DNA from: an uncultured Candidatus Saccharibacteria bacterium
GTDB taxonomy: Bacteria; Patescibacteriota; CPR2; UBA1875; CAIMLA01
DNA length: 64,000 nucleotides
Assembly (NCBI GenBank): GCA_964501135.1
Contig: CAZCRI010000001.1
Span: forward strand, 192,393 to 256,392
Reading direction: 5' to 3'
Program-made: the position numbers and the translations under genes
Notes under the pieces: generated by a model
What the model was told of the DNA's origin: nothing
The model's database searches: none
What the model saw: the letters and a program-made list of their open reading frames with translations, nothing else
Part shown: positions 34,399 through 45,520 of the stretch, piece after piece
How positions within the stretch are numbered: the first letter of the stretch is position 1
Layout of the letters: each line of letters opens with the position of its first letter

Positions 34399-37300
34399 GT
34401 GATGAAACCTAAAAAAGCTCAGCTAAATTCAGTGTGGAAACGAGCTACAAAGCTACTATCGAAAAGTAGTAATTTTAGGTTACGCAAAAGTTTTTTTACT
34501 CAAATTCCGTTGCGTTCACTATCCTTCGTCTGGTCACTCTTCAAACATATTATTTCTTTCCTAGCGAAGAACGTTATCTTGGTCCTTATAAATTTTATTG
34601 ATTATCTAGTAAAACTGCTCCAGATATTACGCTATGAGCTGACCTATAAATTCCACCTCAAGGTTCGCTCGGTACATGACACTTTGGTAATACGTGTGCC
34701 GGTTTACAAGAAGGTTACAGAACATCAGCTAGCTGTCCCAGTACGCAATGCAACTGTATCGGCTTTCTTCTGCTCATTAGCAATCTTTTTATCTCTCCAG
34801 TATGTACTGCCTCTTTTTAATCCGTTTGCCCCACAGGGAGCTCACGCGGGATCAAATAGTGCGACCTGGACCACAGATTCTGACTTTAATAACAATACAA
34901 TTACAACAAACACACCTACAACCAAGAATACAACAAATTTTGCAGGTACAGTTCTTGCCACAACCGGTAGTACTTCAGTTGTGGGCACGGGTACATCTTT
35001 TGCAGATTATCTGGATCCTTTTAATACTCCTAAGGCTATTAATATAGACGATGTTTCTTATGGTGTGGCTAGTGTGACCGACAATACCCATCTGACACTT
35101 ACTGCAAACTATCAAGGGACTACTGGCTCGGGGAAAACATTCACCTTTGATAATGTTGTAGTGAATGATGATGCCATAAGTCTACGTAAATATGGTCTCC
35201 CTGTAACTAAAACTTCAACTTTTACAGTTCCTAGCGGTGTCACGAAAATATATATTGACATGAAGGGTGGCGGAGGCGGTGGTGGTTCTACTGTTTATTC
35301 TGGAGGGAATTGCGGACAAGCCGGAGGCGCCGGGGGATACTCAGCGCTTAAGATTGATAACGGACTAGAATACTGGGCATTCGGCGGCGGCGGAGGTGGA
35401 GGAGGTTGCCCTAACTTTGTTGGGGCAACAGGCTCTCCTGGAACCTATAATCACCGAAACGTTCCCACCTTAATACCCGTTGATGGAGGGGCAAATAATG
35501 GAGGTATAGGGGGTTACTATGCAAGTACTAGCCGTGGAGGTAATGGTGGTGCGGGGGGCAGGATCACGGGCACATTGGCAGTCACTGGGGGTCAAGTTGT
35601 CACAATAACAAATGGTGCTGCAGGGGTTGGTGCTACTGGCCCAAGCGGATGGCCAAAGGTAAACGGAGCGAATGGATCCGCAGGCTCTGTAGAGGTACTG
35701 TATTACATCCCTGCATTTGCAGGAAATGGTAATATAACTGGCTTTAAAATTGATGCAGGGGCAGGACTTAAATATAAGTGGAGTTCCTTATCATGGGTTA
35801 CTGATGCCTTACCAAGTAATACATCGGTGAGGTTTAAATACAGAACATCAGACGACGGTTCCAGCTGGTCTGATTCTACCTGGTCACAAACAGGAACGGC
35901 ACAAATAACTGGTAGTTCAGGAGGAGCTTCTTTGACCAGTTTGAGTGCTTCCAGATACTTGGAACTTCAGCTGCTGCTGTATTCCGTAGACGGAGTCTAT
36001 TCCCCTAAGCTAAATGAGTTTATAGTACAGTACGATACCTTGGAAGCACCCTTAAATGAAAACCTATCGTTAACTGACATAAGTAATAACTCATTAAGAA
36101 CCACAACGGGTATGATTACAGACGTTCCGATCGAGACCACTTCTATACCGGCGGGGCATTCCAGATATGGAACTCCAAACACTTGGACAAATCAAGCTAC
36201 AGTAAGGCTTAAGGCAAACAACCTTACCTGCGGGAGTGGTGTGACGGCATGTACTGTTACTTCTACAAACCTAAGACCAGAAGTGGAGATAAAGCCTATT
36301 GTTAATGGGGTTCCAACGGCATTTACGGGCAGTGGAGTGACGGCAGATGAAGGCAAGACCTATGTCGATATTTCTGGTTTAGCTACAAACTCAGCCTACC
36401 ATATCCAAGTAAGAGCCGTGGATGGTCAGGCCAGAGCATCTGCCTGGGTGTCGTATGGAAATAACGGAGAGTCGGAACCAGATGTTACGGTAGAACAAAC
36501 GTCTCCCACCCTTCAGCTTAATGGTTTTGCGGATCAAGCTGGCAGTGATATTTTGGAAAAAGGAGGTGTGCTATACACCAGGAGTAATCAGGTAAAGATG
36601 AAGATTGGAACCTCTGACAATGGGGGTATACGTTCGAACCTTGCAAAAGTAATGATAACTAACAACCTCGACGACACAGGGTGGCAGGATGTTACGAATC
36701 AAATTACAAACTATCAGACACAGTATCTTGGACAATCATCGTTTACTGGGCTAGTACCCTGGACTCTTGAGGGCACGGACGGAGTAAAGACCGTTACTGT
36801 CAAAACTGTAGACAATGCTGGCAACGTCAGTGGACAGAGCATTGTGACTTCAACGGAGCTATCTACTACCGATAGTACTTTTGTGGTTTCTCCTGCAGGT
36901 AATGCGGGCGGCGCTGTAGTTGTAGATAATAAACTTCAGTTATCATCGACAACTAGTGGCGGAGTGGGTAGTTCGACTACCTCTGTATACCCAACAAATG
37001 ATGAAACTACATACTGGGATGAATGGTGCGGAGGCTGGTCATTGGATGAAAACCCAATGGGCACCAATTCTGGCTACGATAATGACTGTGGGAGTTGGGG
37101 GCAAGATGCGCACATTACCTTCAATAACGGTTTAGTTTCTGGTCTAACAAATGCAAGTATAAGGATTACCAGTAATGGTGATGCACTTACCTGGGTCTGG
37201 CATGATACGACAGGTACTTCTAATAGTGTTAATCTGACTACTAATACACCAAATTCACTAGATATCACGGCAATGGTCCAGGCAGATATTGCGAATGGTG

Positions 37301-40300
37301 ATACCTACACTGACGTGTGGGTAAACAACGGAATGGGTGTATATTCAATGGAGGATCCGATTCCTAGTTATAGGCCCCAATTAACACTAACAGCAAGTAC
37401 TCCAAGTACAACTACCTTTGACACACCAGAAACATTTACCTCTCGTATTCTCTATAGCGGTGCCACAAGTCCAGACTATAGTGCATTTACCACTAGTCAG
37501 ACAAATAACGGACAAACCATTTCATATCAGATGCGCTCGGGTAATAATGCCACTACTATCGATGGTTCGTGGGGCAGTTGGTACTCGGTAACGCCTGGTA
37601 GCTCTATAAATGCAAATCTTAGTGGCACGAACAGGGGTTATTTCCAGTACAAGGCAACTCTATCCACATCTAATCCGGCAGTTACACCAACTATCAGCAG
37701 TGTAACTGTGGCTGGTGCATATACGCCTCCTTCTGAAGGTACGGTGTATTCGGCGAATATCACTCTTGATCTTATTGGTCCGGCAACTTTTGATGTTTCT
37801 CTGCCAGCCGACAATACTTGGAGTGGCTCCAATAAGCCGACCCTAACCTGGACGGCCTCCCAGGATAATCCAGGGTCGGGACTGTATAAATATGAACTCT
37901 ACATGGATGGGGTACTTAAGAAAACCATTGATGACACTACCGTGGGGGCAACGGCAAACATCCTTAGCGCTACTCCTGGGAGTGACGTGTCATATACCTT
38001 ACAAACTGGCGAGGAATTATCGGAAAAGATGCATACTTGGTATGTGAAAGCATATGACAAGGCACTAAATACCGCCGATTCTACCAGGGGAGTCAGCAAC
38101 CCTTTCCATATTGGTTATGATAGCTCGCTTCCGAATACCGTGCCAACTACAGATATCTCGGCTCAGGCGTCTGGGTGGTTTACCACGAGCCCGCAAATCA
38201 CTCTTACGGCTACAGATCCAGGCGCAGGTGATGGTTCTGGTATCTCCGAGATTAAATATCGTTGGGATAATAGCGATCTGTCAACCGGTGCCACTACTTA
38301 TGCTTCGGCGATAAACATGTCGGCCACTATTGGAGACGGCACGCACGTTTTATATTTCCGCTCCAAGGATACTGCAGGAAACTATGAATCAGTAAAACAG
38401 CAGACCTACAAACTCGATACTATTAACCCAAACACAGATTATTCTATAAGTAACACTCCGCCGAACGGTGACAATGACTGGTACGTAGGAACTGCGCCTA
38501 CTATTTCGCTTACCCCGCATGATGAAGGAAGTGCGAACGCTTCGGGTGTGGCCACTACAAAATATCAGTGGGTCAACCATGGTGCTCAGCCAGGGGCAAC
38601 ATGGCTTACTGGCACTAGCTTTGCCGCATCGCTTGGGGATAAGACACTTTACTACTACTCTACAGACGTAGCTGGGAATGATGGTGCACAGTATGAGCAA
38701 CAACACGTAAAATTTGACAATGTGAGCCCTATTTCTCCGACTGGCTTTGATGCTCCCACAGATAGAGCGTATACGGATTCGATCTACCTCAAATGGAACG
38801 GCGTTACTGACACTTCAGGTGTCCAGACCTATCAGTTGAGAAGAAAAAAAGATAGCGATACCTGGAGCGGTTTGTCCGTTGTTGATTTGGGAGCTGTCGG
38901 GAATATAACCACCTATACAGATGCTAATGGTCTAGAAGCTGGCTATAAATATACTTATCAAATAAAAACCCAGGATAATGCAGGCAATTGGAGCGACGGC
39001 TGGTCGAGTGGTAACCCAGACCAGGTAGTTGGCTATACTATCGATACCGTAACGCCGACAGTCCCTAGTGGCGTCGTCGCGGCAGCTTGTGATGGATCCG
39101 GGGCTACGCTTGCGATCCCAGATACTGACCCGGCAGTGACCACGCCAATATGTACTAGTATTAGCAATAAGGGCTATGAAATCACGTTATCTTGGAAGCA
39201 AGCGGGTGATACGGGTGTGGGCCTTGGCGGATACAAGATCTACCGTTCGGCTGACGGCGATACTGCCGATGAGACCAAGTGGGTGATGGTAGGTGTGCTT
39301 CCTTGGACTGGCGCCGAGGTACTCAAGTGGAATGATAACAATACAAACAACTTAGCAACCTGGGACATTGGAACGTACCCAAGTACGCATCAGAAATCCG
39401 GACAACAGGCAGGGAAGACGGATCCTTCAGATCCATTGAGCGACTCTACCACTTACTACTATCGAGTCACCGCCTACGACGCTGTTAATAACGAGAGCGC
39501 ACTGTTCCCACCAATTTTCCCAGATCCAGACATGAACAGGACGGCTGCTGTGACCCCAGACGTTACCGCGCCTGGCTGGTTTGATGTACAGGGAAACCGA
39601 ATCAGTGACGCTGGCGTTTCTGCTGTGGCACTCGGCCTTGATGGTAGTAACCTCGATGACGAAAACATTGGTCATCAGCGAATAGTAGTAAGCTGGAACA
39701 CTGCTATCGACAAAAAACACAACGGGGATGTTCTCGAAGGTTCGGTACCTAGCTACGAACTATACCGCTCAGCGACTAGCTACCAAACTGACGGTGAGTG
39801 GCTTGCGAGTGCTACCAAACTTACACTGAGCCCAACTACGGCCGTGACCTACGAGGACAACGGGCTCGCTGACTCGACAGTTTACTATTATCGAGTGCTT
39901 ACCTATGACGTGAGCGCCAACAAATCAGACCTCTCCAGTCGGGAGGGGAGTGACCACGCCACTACCTATGATTCTAATATCCCATCAGCTCCGAGTGAGG
40001 TCCGTGTGTCGACGGCAAAGGGAGATCCTAACGTCGCAGACTCCCAAGTGGGAAACACGATAAACATTAGCTTTAAGGGAAGTAACTCCAAATATCGTGA
40101 AATTGTGAAGTACGAGGTTTATCGTTATGAAGCGGATACTAATAATCTTAGTAACAGCCAGTGGCTTGATAGTACGCAGACCACGAAACTCAAGATTTCC
40201 CACTCAGATAGTTGTGGTAGCAAGTGCGAGACCTATACGGCTGGGTCCTCAGGCGGCGACATCGAGATTACGGCGAATCAGGATGACCGCGATAATGAGT

Positions 40301-42621
40301 ACCGGATCCTAGATACGGGGCTTTCCGACGCTCATACCTACTTTTATCGAGTGAGAGCTCAGGACAACGCCTATGTTCCAAACGAACCAGAGCAAAGCTA
40401 TCGTTTCGGGCCACTTTCAAACATTTCTCCGCTGGATTCGAACGAAGCGGCTAGATTCGGTTGGGACACGACTCCTGACGCCACTGCTCCAGACATCAGT
40501 GCGAGCGACCTTGCTCTTTCCGTAAAAGACACACACCCTAGTGACACTTGGCTCCGTAACGTTGTCACTTGGAGAGTGGCAGACAAGACAAAAATCATTC
40601 GCCGGAAACAACTTGGCTCAGGATGCACGACCGTACTCACCGTTGGTAGCACGGAGTATTGCACAGATTTTGCTAGATATGAAATTCATCGTGAGGTTTA
40701 CGATCAAACCGATGTTCTTATCCCTGAGATGAATGAGACCTTTACATTTACCGATATTAATACCAATATTTTGGTGGATTCCGTTGCGGTGGCATATAAA
40801 TCTGACAAATTTAAGTATTATATGGTAATAGTCGATAATGCAGACACAGAATATAGGTACGCAAACGGTACGGTGATTAATAAGAGTGGGTCTACAACGA
40901 ATGTTCCAAATATGACCAGTAAAATATATTGGAATGGTTCTATTACTCCTGAGAAGTCCCATGCCGTGATTGACAGTGTTGCTCTAAGTGGTGTTGGGGT
41001 ATCAAGCGCCACGGTTACCTGGCATACTGATCAAAGTACGGACTCGTTGGTTGAATATAGGCCAATGAAAAAAGTTTCGGGCAATTGGGTCGTAGATGAT
41101 AGCTCGAGTAACCAGTTTGTAGCAGTAGGCCATAGGGAGACTGATGTAAACCATTCGGTATATATTTTTGGGATGAAACCGGAAACTAGATACGAATATC
41201 GGGTAATCTCGAAGAACTATCCATTTGCCAACGAAACGGTGGTTTCTACTGGTTTACCAGAGCTAGTGACGAAGGGATTTATCATTACCTATATTCCTTC
41301 GCCAGAGAATGTTTCTACTGTATCGGCTGACATTCGTTGGACGACTAATATGCCTTCGAATTCGAATATGGTAGAGTATCGCGAAAGTAATGGTAGCCAG
41401 AATGGCGCCATGGCAGAGACTCCTCTCAAGTCCGAAGAGATTACGAATGAGATGAAGGATTGTGTAGCAAATCCGGCCTCGCCGCTCTGTACGCACTCTG
41501 TAACGTTGTCACCTTTGAAGAAAAATACTGAATATACAATAAATATTGTCTCGATTTCGCTTGATAATTATACTTCAACTTCTGGTTTACAGCGTTTTAC
41601 TACCGCCAATTCTGATTCAAAACAATTTACAATTGCTCCATCTGCTTCTAATGTTGCTGAACGAAACATCACCTCTACATCAGCCCAGATTGTCTTCCAG
41701 ACTTCAGAGGCAACGACAGCGACTCTGTATTATGACACAGACAGTGGTGCACCAAACTATGATCCAAAAGACTACAAACAGACCGCTACAGATGCAATGA
41801 AGGGAACTACTCATGCAATTCTGCTAGATGGTCTAGAGCCGGGGAAGAAATACTTCTACGTTGTTAAAGTAGATAATGGTCTCTTGTCTTACACCTCTCC
41901 AGAGGCCTCATTTACCGCCGTCCTTAAACCGAAGATTTCGAACCTAAAGATTTCTGATGTGAAGCCATACTCCTTTAGTATCACCTGGGATACCAATATT
42001 GATACCGAGACCCTGATAAACCTAGGTACAAGTGCTAACTACACCGAAAAGCGCGGCAAATCTGGCCTTACCAAGGTTCACGAACTCTTAGTTGACGGCC
42101 TACAGGATAATACTGAGTACCACTACCAAATTCTAGCCAAGGATGAGACGGGTGAAGAGGTAGCTAGTGGTGATTCAGCAGTCCGTACGCCACTTGATAC
42201 CGAAGGCCCTAAGATTACTGGAGTGAAGGTGGATATCTTGCCAATGGGAGAGAGTGACGCCACTTCTTCAATCATTGTTTCATGGCAGACTAACAAACCG
42301 GCCTCAACACTGGTAGAATATGACCAGGGTATCATTGGCGGTACCTATAATAGTCGCTCGGTAGAAGATAGCACTTTGAATAATTCCCACACTGTAATTA
42401 TCAAAGGTCTCGCACCAGCCTCCTCTTATCGCTATCGTCTGATATCGAAGGATAAACGGCAGAATACCACTATTTCACAGGACTACACCTTCGTAACGCC
42501 GACAAAAGAAAAATCCATCCTACAGCTCATCTTAAAGTCACTCGAGGAAACCTTCGCTTGGACGAAGAACCTCAATCAATTCTTTGGTAATGTTGGTAAA
42601 AGATTAACAGGTGGGAAGTAA
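34399..42621 (+). CDS. Giant cell-surface protein 2 (2740 aa), a paralog of giant protein 1 with a divergent central region
   Basis: Shared N-terminal block (ELTYKFHLKVRSVHDTLVI...PVRNATVSAF...LQYVLPLFNPF) and shared C-terminal Fn3 array ending ...TPTKEKSILQLILKSLEETFAWTKNLNQFFGNVGKRLTGGK. Gly-rich region and Ig-like repeats. Confidence 0.8.
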   Translation: MMKPKKAQLNSVWKRATKLLSKSSNFRLRKSFFTQIPLRSLSFVWSLFKHIISFLAKNVILVLINFIDYLVKLLQILRYELTYKFHLKVRSVHDTLVIRVPVYKKVTEHQLAVPVRNATVSAFFCSLAIFLSLQYVLPLFNPFAPQGAHAGSNSATWTTDSDFNNNTITTNTPTTKNTTNFAGTVLATTGSTSVVGTGTSFADYLDPFNTPKAINIDDVSYGVASVTDNTHLTLTANYQGTTGSGKTFTFDNVVVNDDAISLRKYGLPVTKTSTFTVPSGVTKIYIDMKGGGGGGGSTVYSGGNCGQAGGAGGYSALKIDNGLEYWAFGGGGGGGGCPNFVGATGSPGTYNHRNVPTLIPVDGGANNGGIGGYYASTSRGGNGGAGGRITGTLAVTGGQVVTITNGAAGVGATGPSGWPKVNGANGSAGSVEVLYYIPAFAGNGNITGFKIDAGAGLKYKWSSLSWVTDALPSNTSVRFKYRTSDDGSSWSDSTWSQTGTAQITGSSGGASLTSLSASRYLELQLLLYSVDGVYSPKLNEFIVQYDTLEAPLNENLSLTDISNNSLRTTTGMITDVPIETTSIPAGHSRYGTPNTWTNQATVRLKANNLTCGSGVTACTVTSTNLRPEVEIKPIVNGVPTAFTGSGVTADEGKTYVDISGLATNSAYHIQVRAVDGQARASAWVSYGNNGESEPDVTVEQTSPTLQLNGFADQAGSDILEKGGVLYTRSNQVKMKIGTSDNGGIRSNLAKVMITNNLDDTGWQDVTNQITNYQTQYLGQSSFTGLVPWTLEGTDGVKTVTVKTVDNAGNVSGQSIVTSTELSTTDSTFVVSPAGNAGGAVVVDNKLQLSSTTSGGVGSSTTSVYPTNDETTYWDEWCGGWSLDENPMGTNSGYDNDCGSWGQDAHITFNNGLVSGLTNASIRITSNGDALTWVWHDTTGTSNSVNLTTNTPNSLDITAMVQADIANGDTYTDVWVNNGMGVYSMEDPIPSYRPQLTLTASTPSTTTFDTPETFTSRILYSGATSPDYSAFTTSQTNNGQTISYQMRSGNNATTIDGSWGSWYSVTPGSSINANLSGTNRGYFQYKATLSTSNPAVTPTISSVTVAGAYTPPSEGTVYSANITLDLIGPATFDVSLPADNTWSGSNKPTLTWTASQDNPGSGLYKYELYMDGVLKKTIDDTTVGATANILSATPGSDVSYTLQTGEELSEKMHTWYVKAYDKALNTADSTRGVSNPFHIGYDSSLPNTVPTTDISAQASGWFTTSPQITLTATDPGAGDGSGISEIKYRWDNSDLSTGATTYASAINMSATIGDGTHVLYFRSKDTAGNYESVKQQTYKLDTINPNTDYSISNTPPNGDNDWYVGTAPTISLTPHDEGSANASGVATTKYQWVNHGAQPGATWLTGTSFAASLGDKTLYYYSTDVAGNDGAQYEQQHVKFDNVSPISPTGFDAPTDRAYTDSIYLKWNGVTDTSGVQTYQLRRKKDSDTWSGLSVVDLGAVGNITTYTDANGLEAGYKYTYQIKTQDNAGNWSDGWSSGNPDQVVGYTIDTVTPTVPSGVVAAACDGSGATLAIPDTDPAVTTPICTSISNKGYEITLSWKQAGDTGVGLGGYKIYRSADGDTADETKWVMVGVLPWTGAEVLKWNDNNTNNLATWDIGTYPSTHQKSGQQAGKTDPSDPLSDSTTYYYRVTAYDAVNNESALFPPIFPDPDMNRTAAVTPDVTAPGWFDVQGNRISDAGVSAVALGLDGSNLDDENIGHQRIVVSWNTAIDKKHNGDVLEGSVPSYELYRSATSYQTDGEWLASATKLTLSPTTAVTYEDNGLADSTVYYYRVLTYDVSANKSDLSSREGSDHATTYDSNIPSAPSEVRVSTAKGDPNVADSQVGNTINISFKGSNSKYREIVKYEVYRYEADTNNLSNSQWLDSTQTTKLKISHSDSCGSKCETYTAGSSGGDIEITANQDDRDNEYRILDTGLSDAHTYFYRVRAQDNAYVPNEPEQSYRFGPLSNISPLDSNEAARFGWDTTPDATAPDISASDLALSVKDTHPSDTWLRNVVTWRVADKTKIIRRKQLGSGCTTVLTVGSTEYCTDFARYEIHREVYDQTDVLIPEMNETFTFTDINTNILVDSVAVAYKSDKFKYYMVIVDNADTEYRYANGTVINKSGSTTNVPNMTSKIYWNGSITPEKSHAVIDSVALSGVGVSSATVTWHTDQSTDSLVEYRPMKKVSGNWVVDDSSSNQFVAVGHRETDVNHSVYIFGMKPETRYEYRVISKNYPFANETVVSTGLPELVTKGFIITYIPSPENVSTVSADIRWTTNMPSNSNMVEYRESNGSQNGAMAETPLKSEEITNEMKDCVANPASPLCTHSVTLSPLKKNTEYTINIVSISLDNYTSTSGLQRFTTANSDSKQFTIAPSASNVAERNITSTSAQIVFQTSEATTATLYYDTDSGAPNYDPKDYKQTATDAMKGTTHAILLDGLEPGKKYFYVVKVDNGLLSYTSPEASFTAVLKPKISNLKISDVKPYSFSITWDTNIDTETLINLGTSANYTEKRGKSGLTKVHELLVDGLQDNTEYHYQILAKDETGEEVASGDSAVRTPLDTEGPKITGVKVDILPMGESDATSSIIVSWQTNKPASTLVEYDQGIIGGTYNSRSVEDSTLNNSHTVIIKGLAPASSYRYRLISKDKRQNTTISQDYTFVTPTKEKSILQLILKSLEETFAWTKNLNQFFGNVGKRLTGGK

Positions 42622-42623
42622 TT

Positions 42624-43055
42624 ATGCAGCTCGATTCTAGTAACATACAGCCACAAAATATCGAAACCCCTGTAGTGAGTGGGGAAAATAATGTAGATCG
42701 ACCCCTAGGGACACAGGTAACCCCAGAGATAGCTGCCGAAGCAATACCGGCCACACCGGCGCCAGTAAATCCGGCTGCGGCCGCAGCTCCTATGGACGAT
42801 GCAGCCATATTGGCGAGTGATGACATTAACCCGAGTGACGACACTGCTGCTATTCCTCCAGTTGCCGAGCCTCAGGAGTTTGATGACACGGTGGAACTTA
42901 AGGGGGATGAACAGTATATCTCGGCGATCAAGAAAGTGATTCAAGAAGAGGCCGAAGAGCCTTTTCGAGAAGAAATGGATTCCGAAAAATTGCAAAAAGG
43001 TTATTTGAAGGAACGTTTTGGGGTCGATGTTGATATCGAGGAGGAGGCGAAGTAA
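42624..43055 (+). CDS. Hypothetical acidic low-complexity protein (143 aa)
   Basis: Starts 3 nt after giant gene 2. Pro/Ala/Glu/Asp-rich. No TM. Confidence 0.45.
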   Translation: MQLDSSNIQPQNIETPVVSGENNVDRPLGTQVTPEIAAEAIPATPAPVNPAAAAAPMDDAAILASDDINPSDDTAAIPPVAEPQEFDDTVELKGDEQYISAIKKVIQEEAEEPFREEMDSEKLQKGYLKERFGVDVDIEEEAK

Positions 43056-43057
43056 CT

Positions 43058-45520
43058 TTGGGAGTAGCTATACAATTTCTGTTATTTGTAATAGTTGGCG
43101 GTTTGGCCTTGTGGGGGGTATTTTTTATGGTGAAACATACCACTTACTGGAAGAAACAGATGGAGCGCTCACTCAAGATGGTTCCTCTCCTTTTGACCAT
43201 TCCTAGAGATTCTGGGTCCAAGGATTACGAAGCTAAAAATCGTGATGATCGTGATATGATGCGCGAGGTTATTTCGGTGGCAGAGACTTTTTACTCCAAT
43301 ATGACAGTGCTCTATAATAAGTATAAGTTTGTAAAAAACCTGATTGTTGGGCCACCTCACCTTGCGGCAGAAATTGTTGCTAAGGACAAGGAAATATTTT
43401 TCTATCTTGCAGTACCCTATGCTTTTCTCGAAATGACCGAAAAGGCGCTTTCCGCACAATATCCCGAGTGTAATCTAGAGCGTGCCGAGGAGCACAATAT
43501 TTTTAGTGAAAAGTGGGGGATAGAGAACATCGCTGGCGGTGAGATAAGGGCTAGTAACTCATATTTCTTCCCTTTTAAATCATATGCAGAGCTTGACTCG
43601 GAGCCTCTGGAGAATATTACAAATGCTTTTGCCAAGATGCATCCCGAGGAAGGCGCTGCGTTGCAAATCCTTTTCCGTCCCGCAAAGCCCAGTAAGGCGA
43701 AGAAGGTTAATCATGTCGCTAAAGAGATGCATCATGGGAAGAGCCGAGATCTCTTTAGTGCGCTATGGCGAATAATTGATGCCATGAATGCCAAGGGGGA
43801 TCAGGCTGAGGCCAATCGCCTGACGCCGATGGAAGAAGATGCGGTGAAGGCGGTGGAGAAAAAGGCTGCAAAGCCACTTTTCGATACGATGATACGCATC
43901 GTTGCCTCTACCGACAGTAAGCAGCGTTCAGAAATGTTTGCCAAGGAGATTGCGAGCACTTTCGTTCAGTTTAATGATCAGAACTTAAATTCCTTCCAAT
44001 ACGTACCGGCTCGCGATACAGAAGAACTAGTTACGGATTATATTTTCCGTTTCTTCGCCCACAAGATATTCAGCATGAATCGTCTTTTTCGTTTACACCG
44101 TGGGCACGAAATCGTCTTAAATACGGAGGAGCTCGCTTCGGTTTTTCATTTACCAAACTATTTGGTCAAGACCCCAGGAATTCGTTGGTTACCATCAAAG
44201 AAAGCGGCGCCTCCTACCTTTATCTCTGAAAACGGAGTTGTTATTGGACACAGTCAGTACCGAGGGGATGACAATATTATCCGAATCGACGAAAACGATC
44301 GACGAAGACATCTCTATATCCTGGGTCAAACTGGTACCGGTAAGTCGACCAGTATGATTAACATGATTATCTCGGACATCCGCGAAGGTAAGGGGGTTTG
44401 CTACATAGACCCACACGGCCAGGATTTGGAAGAGCACGTTTTACCATATATTCCCAAGGAGAGAGCCGAGGACGTGATTATCTTTAATGCCTCGGACACA
44501 GAGCGTCCGATAGGCCTTAATCTCTTTACGGCCAAAACCCAGGAAGAGAAAGACTTCGTAATCCAAGAGGCGATTGCGATGCTTTATCGACTTTACGACC
44601 CAGGTCACACCGGTATCATGGGGCCGCGTTTTGAGCACTGGTTCCGTAATGCAGCGCTTACTCTAATGGCAGGGCCAATACCAGGAACCTTTATCGAGGT
44701 ACCAAGAATATTTACCGATGACAAGTTCCTGGCCGAAAAGCTGCAGTACGTAACAGATCCTGTAGTTCGTAATTTCTGGATTAACGAAATGGGACAGACT
44801 AGCGATTATCATAAAAGCGAAATGCTTGGATGGTTTGTCGGCAAGTTTGGCGCTTTCATGACTAACATGACGATGCGAAATATCTTGGGGCAGCCAGAAT
44901 CGGCAATCGACATTCGCAAGATTATGGATGAGGGTAAAATCTTGCTCGTTAATCTTGCCAAGGGTCAGACCGGTGAGATGAATATGCAGCTTCTCGGCAT
45001 GATGCTGGTGGCAAAGATTCAAATGGCAGCAATGAGCAGAGTAGATATGCCGGAAAATGAACGGCGTGACTTTTACCTTTACGTGGATGAGTTCCAGAAT
45101 TTTGCTACCGATTCGTTTGCTTCAATTCTTTCCGAAGCTCGCAAATTCCGTCTGAACCTTATTGTGGCGAATCAGTTTATTGGCCAGCTCAAAGATGAGA
45201 TTCGCGACGCCGTCTTTGGTAATGTTGGTAGCCTGATGTGTTTTCGTGTCGGCAATGACGACGCCGAGTACATGGCAAAGCAGTTTGTGCCTCTTTTTAA
45301 TCAACAGGACCTCATCAATATTGAAAACTATAACAGTATTGCAAAGATTCTGGTGGATGCGAAACCGTCTCGACCTTTCAGTCTAGAAGGATACAATTAC
45401 CCACCTAACAAAAGTGTTGAGATTGGGGAAGCGATAGAGCAATTGTCTCGTTTGAAGTACGGTAGACCGCGTGATATAGTAGATGCAGAAATACAAGAAA
45501 GAATGAGTATAAAACTTTGA
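43058..45520 (+). CDS. FtsK/HerA-superfamily type IV secretion / conjugation ATPase (VirD4/TraG coupling-protein-like or VirB4-like)
   Basis: N-terminal TM. Walker A HLYILGQTGTGKST followed by CYIDPHGQ (compare TrwB HLLVNGATGTGKS...VIVDPNGD). Walker B FYLYVDEFQNF. ARKFRLNLIVANQFIGQL matches the RK...Q motif of T4SS ATPases. 820 aa. Confidence 0.65.
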   Translation: MGVAIQFLLFVIVGGLALWGVFFMVKHTTYWKKQMERSLKMVPLLLTIPRDSGSKDYEAKNRDDRDMMREVISVAETFYSNMTVLYNKYKFVKNLIVGPPHLAAEIVAKDKEIFFYLAVPYAFLEMTEKALSAQYPECNLERAEEHNIFSEKWGIENIAGGEIRASNSYFFPFKSYAELDSEPLENITNAFAKMHPEEGAALQILFRPAKPSKAKKVNHVAKEMHHGKSRDLFSALWRIIDAMNAKGDQAEANRLTPMEEDAVKAVEKKAAKPLFDTMIRIVASTDSKQRSEMFAKEIASTFVQFNDQNLNSFQYVPARDTEELVTDYIFRFFAHKIFSMNRLFRLHRGHEIVLNTEELASVFHLPNYLVKTPGIRWLPSKKAAPPTFISENGVVIGHSQYRGDDNIIRIDENDRRRHLYILGQTGTGKSTSMINMIISDIREGKGVCYIDPHGQDLEEHVLPYIPKERAEDVIIFNASDTERPIGLNLFTAKTQEEKDFVIQEAIAMLYRLYDPGHTGIMGPRFEHWFRNAALTLMAGPIPGTFIEVPRIFTDDKFLAEKLQYVTDPVVRNFWINEMGQTSDYHKSEMLGWFVGKFGAFMTNMTMRNILGQPESAIDIRKIMDEGKILLVNLAKGQTGEMNMQLLGMMLVAKIQMAAMSRVDMPENERRDFYLYVDEFQNFATDSFASILSEARKFRLNLIVANQFIGQLKDEIRDAVFGNVGSLMCFRVGNDDAEYMAKQFVPLFNQQDLINIENYNSIAKILVDAKPSRPFSLEGYNYPPNKSVEIGEAIEQLSRLKYGRPRDIVDAEIQERMSIKL

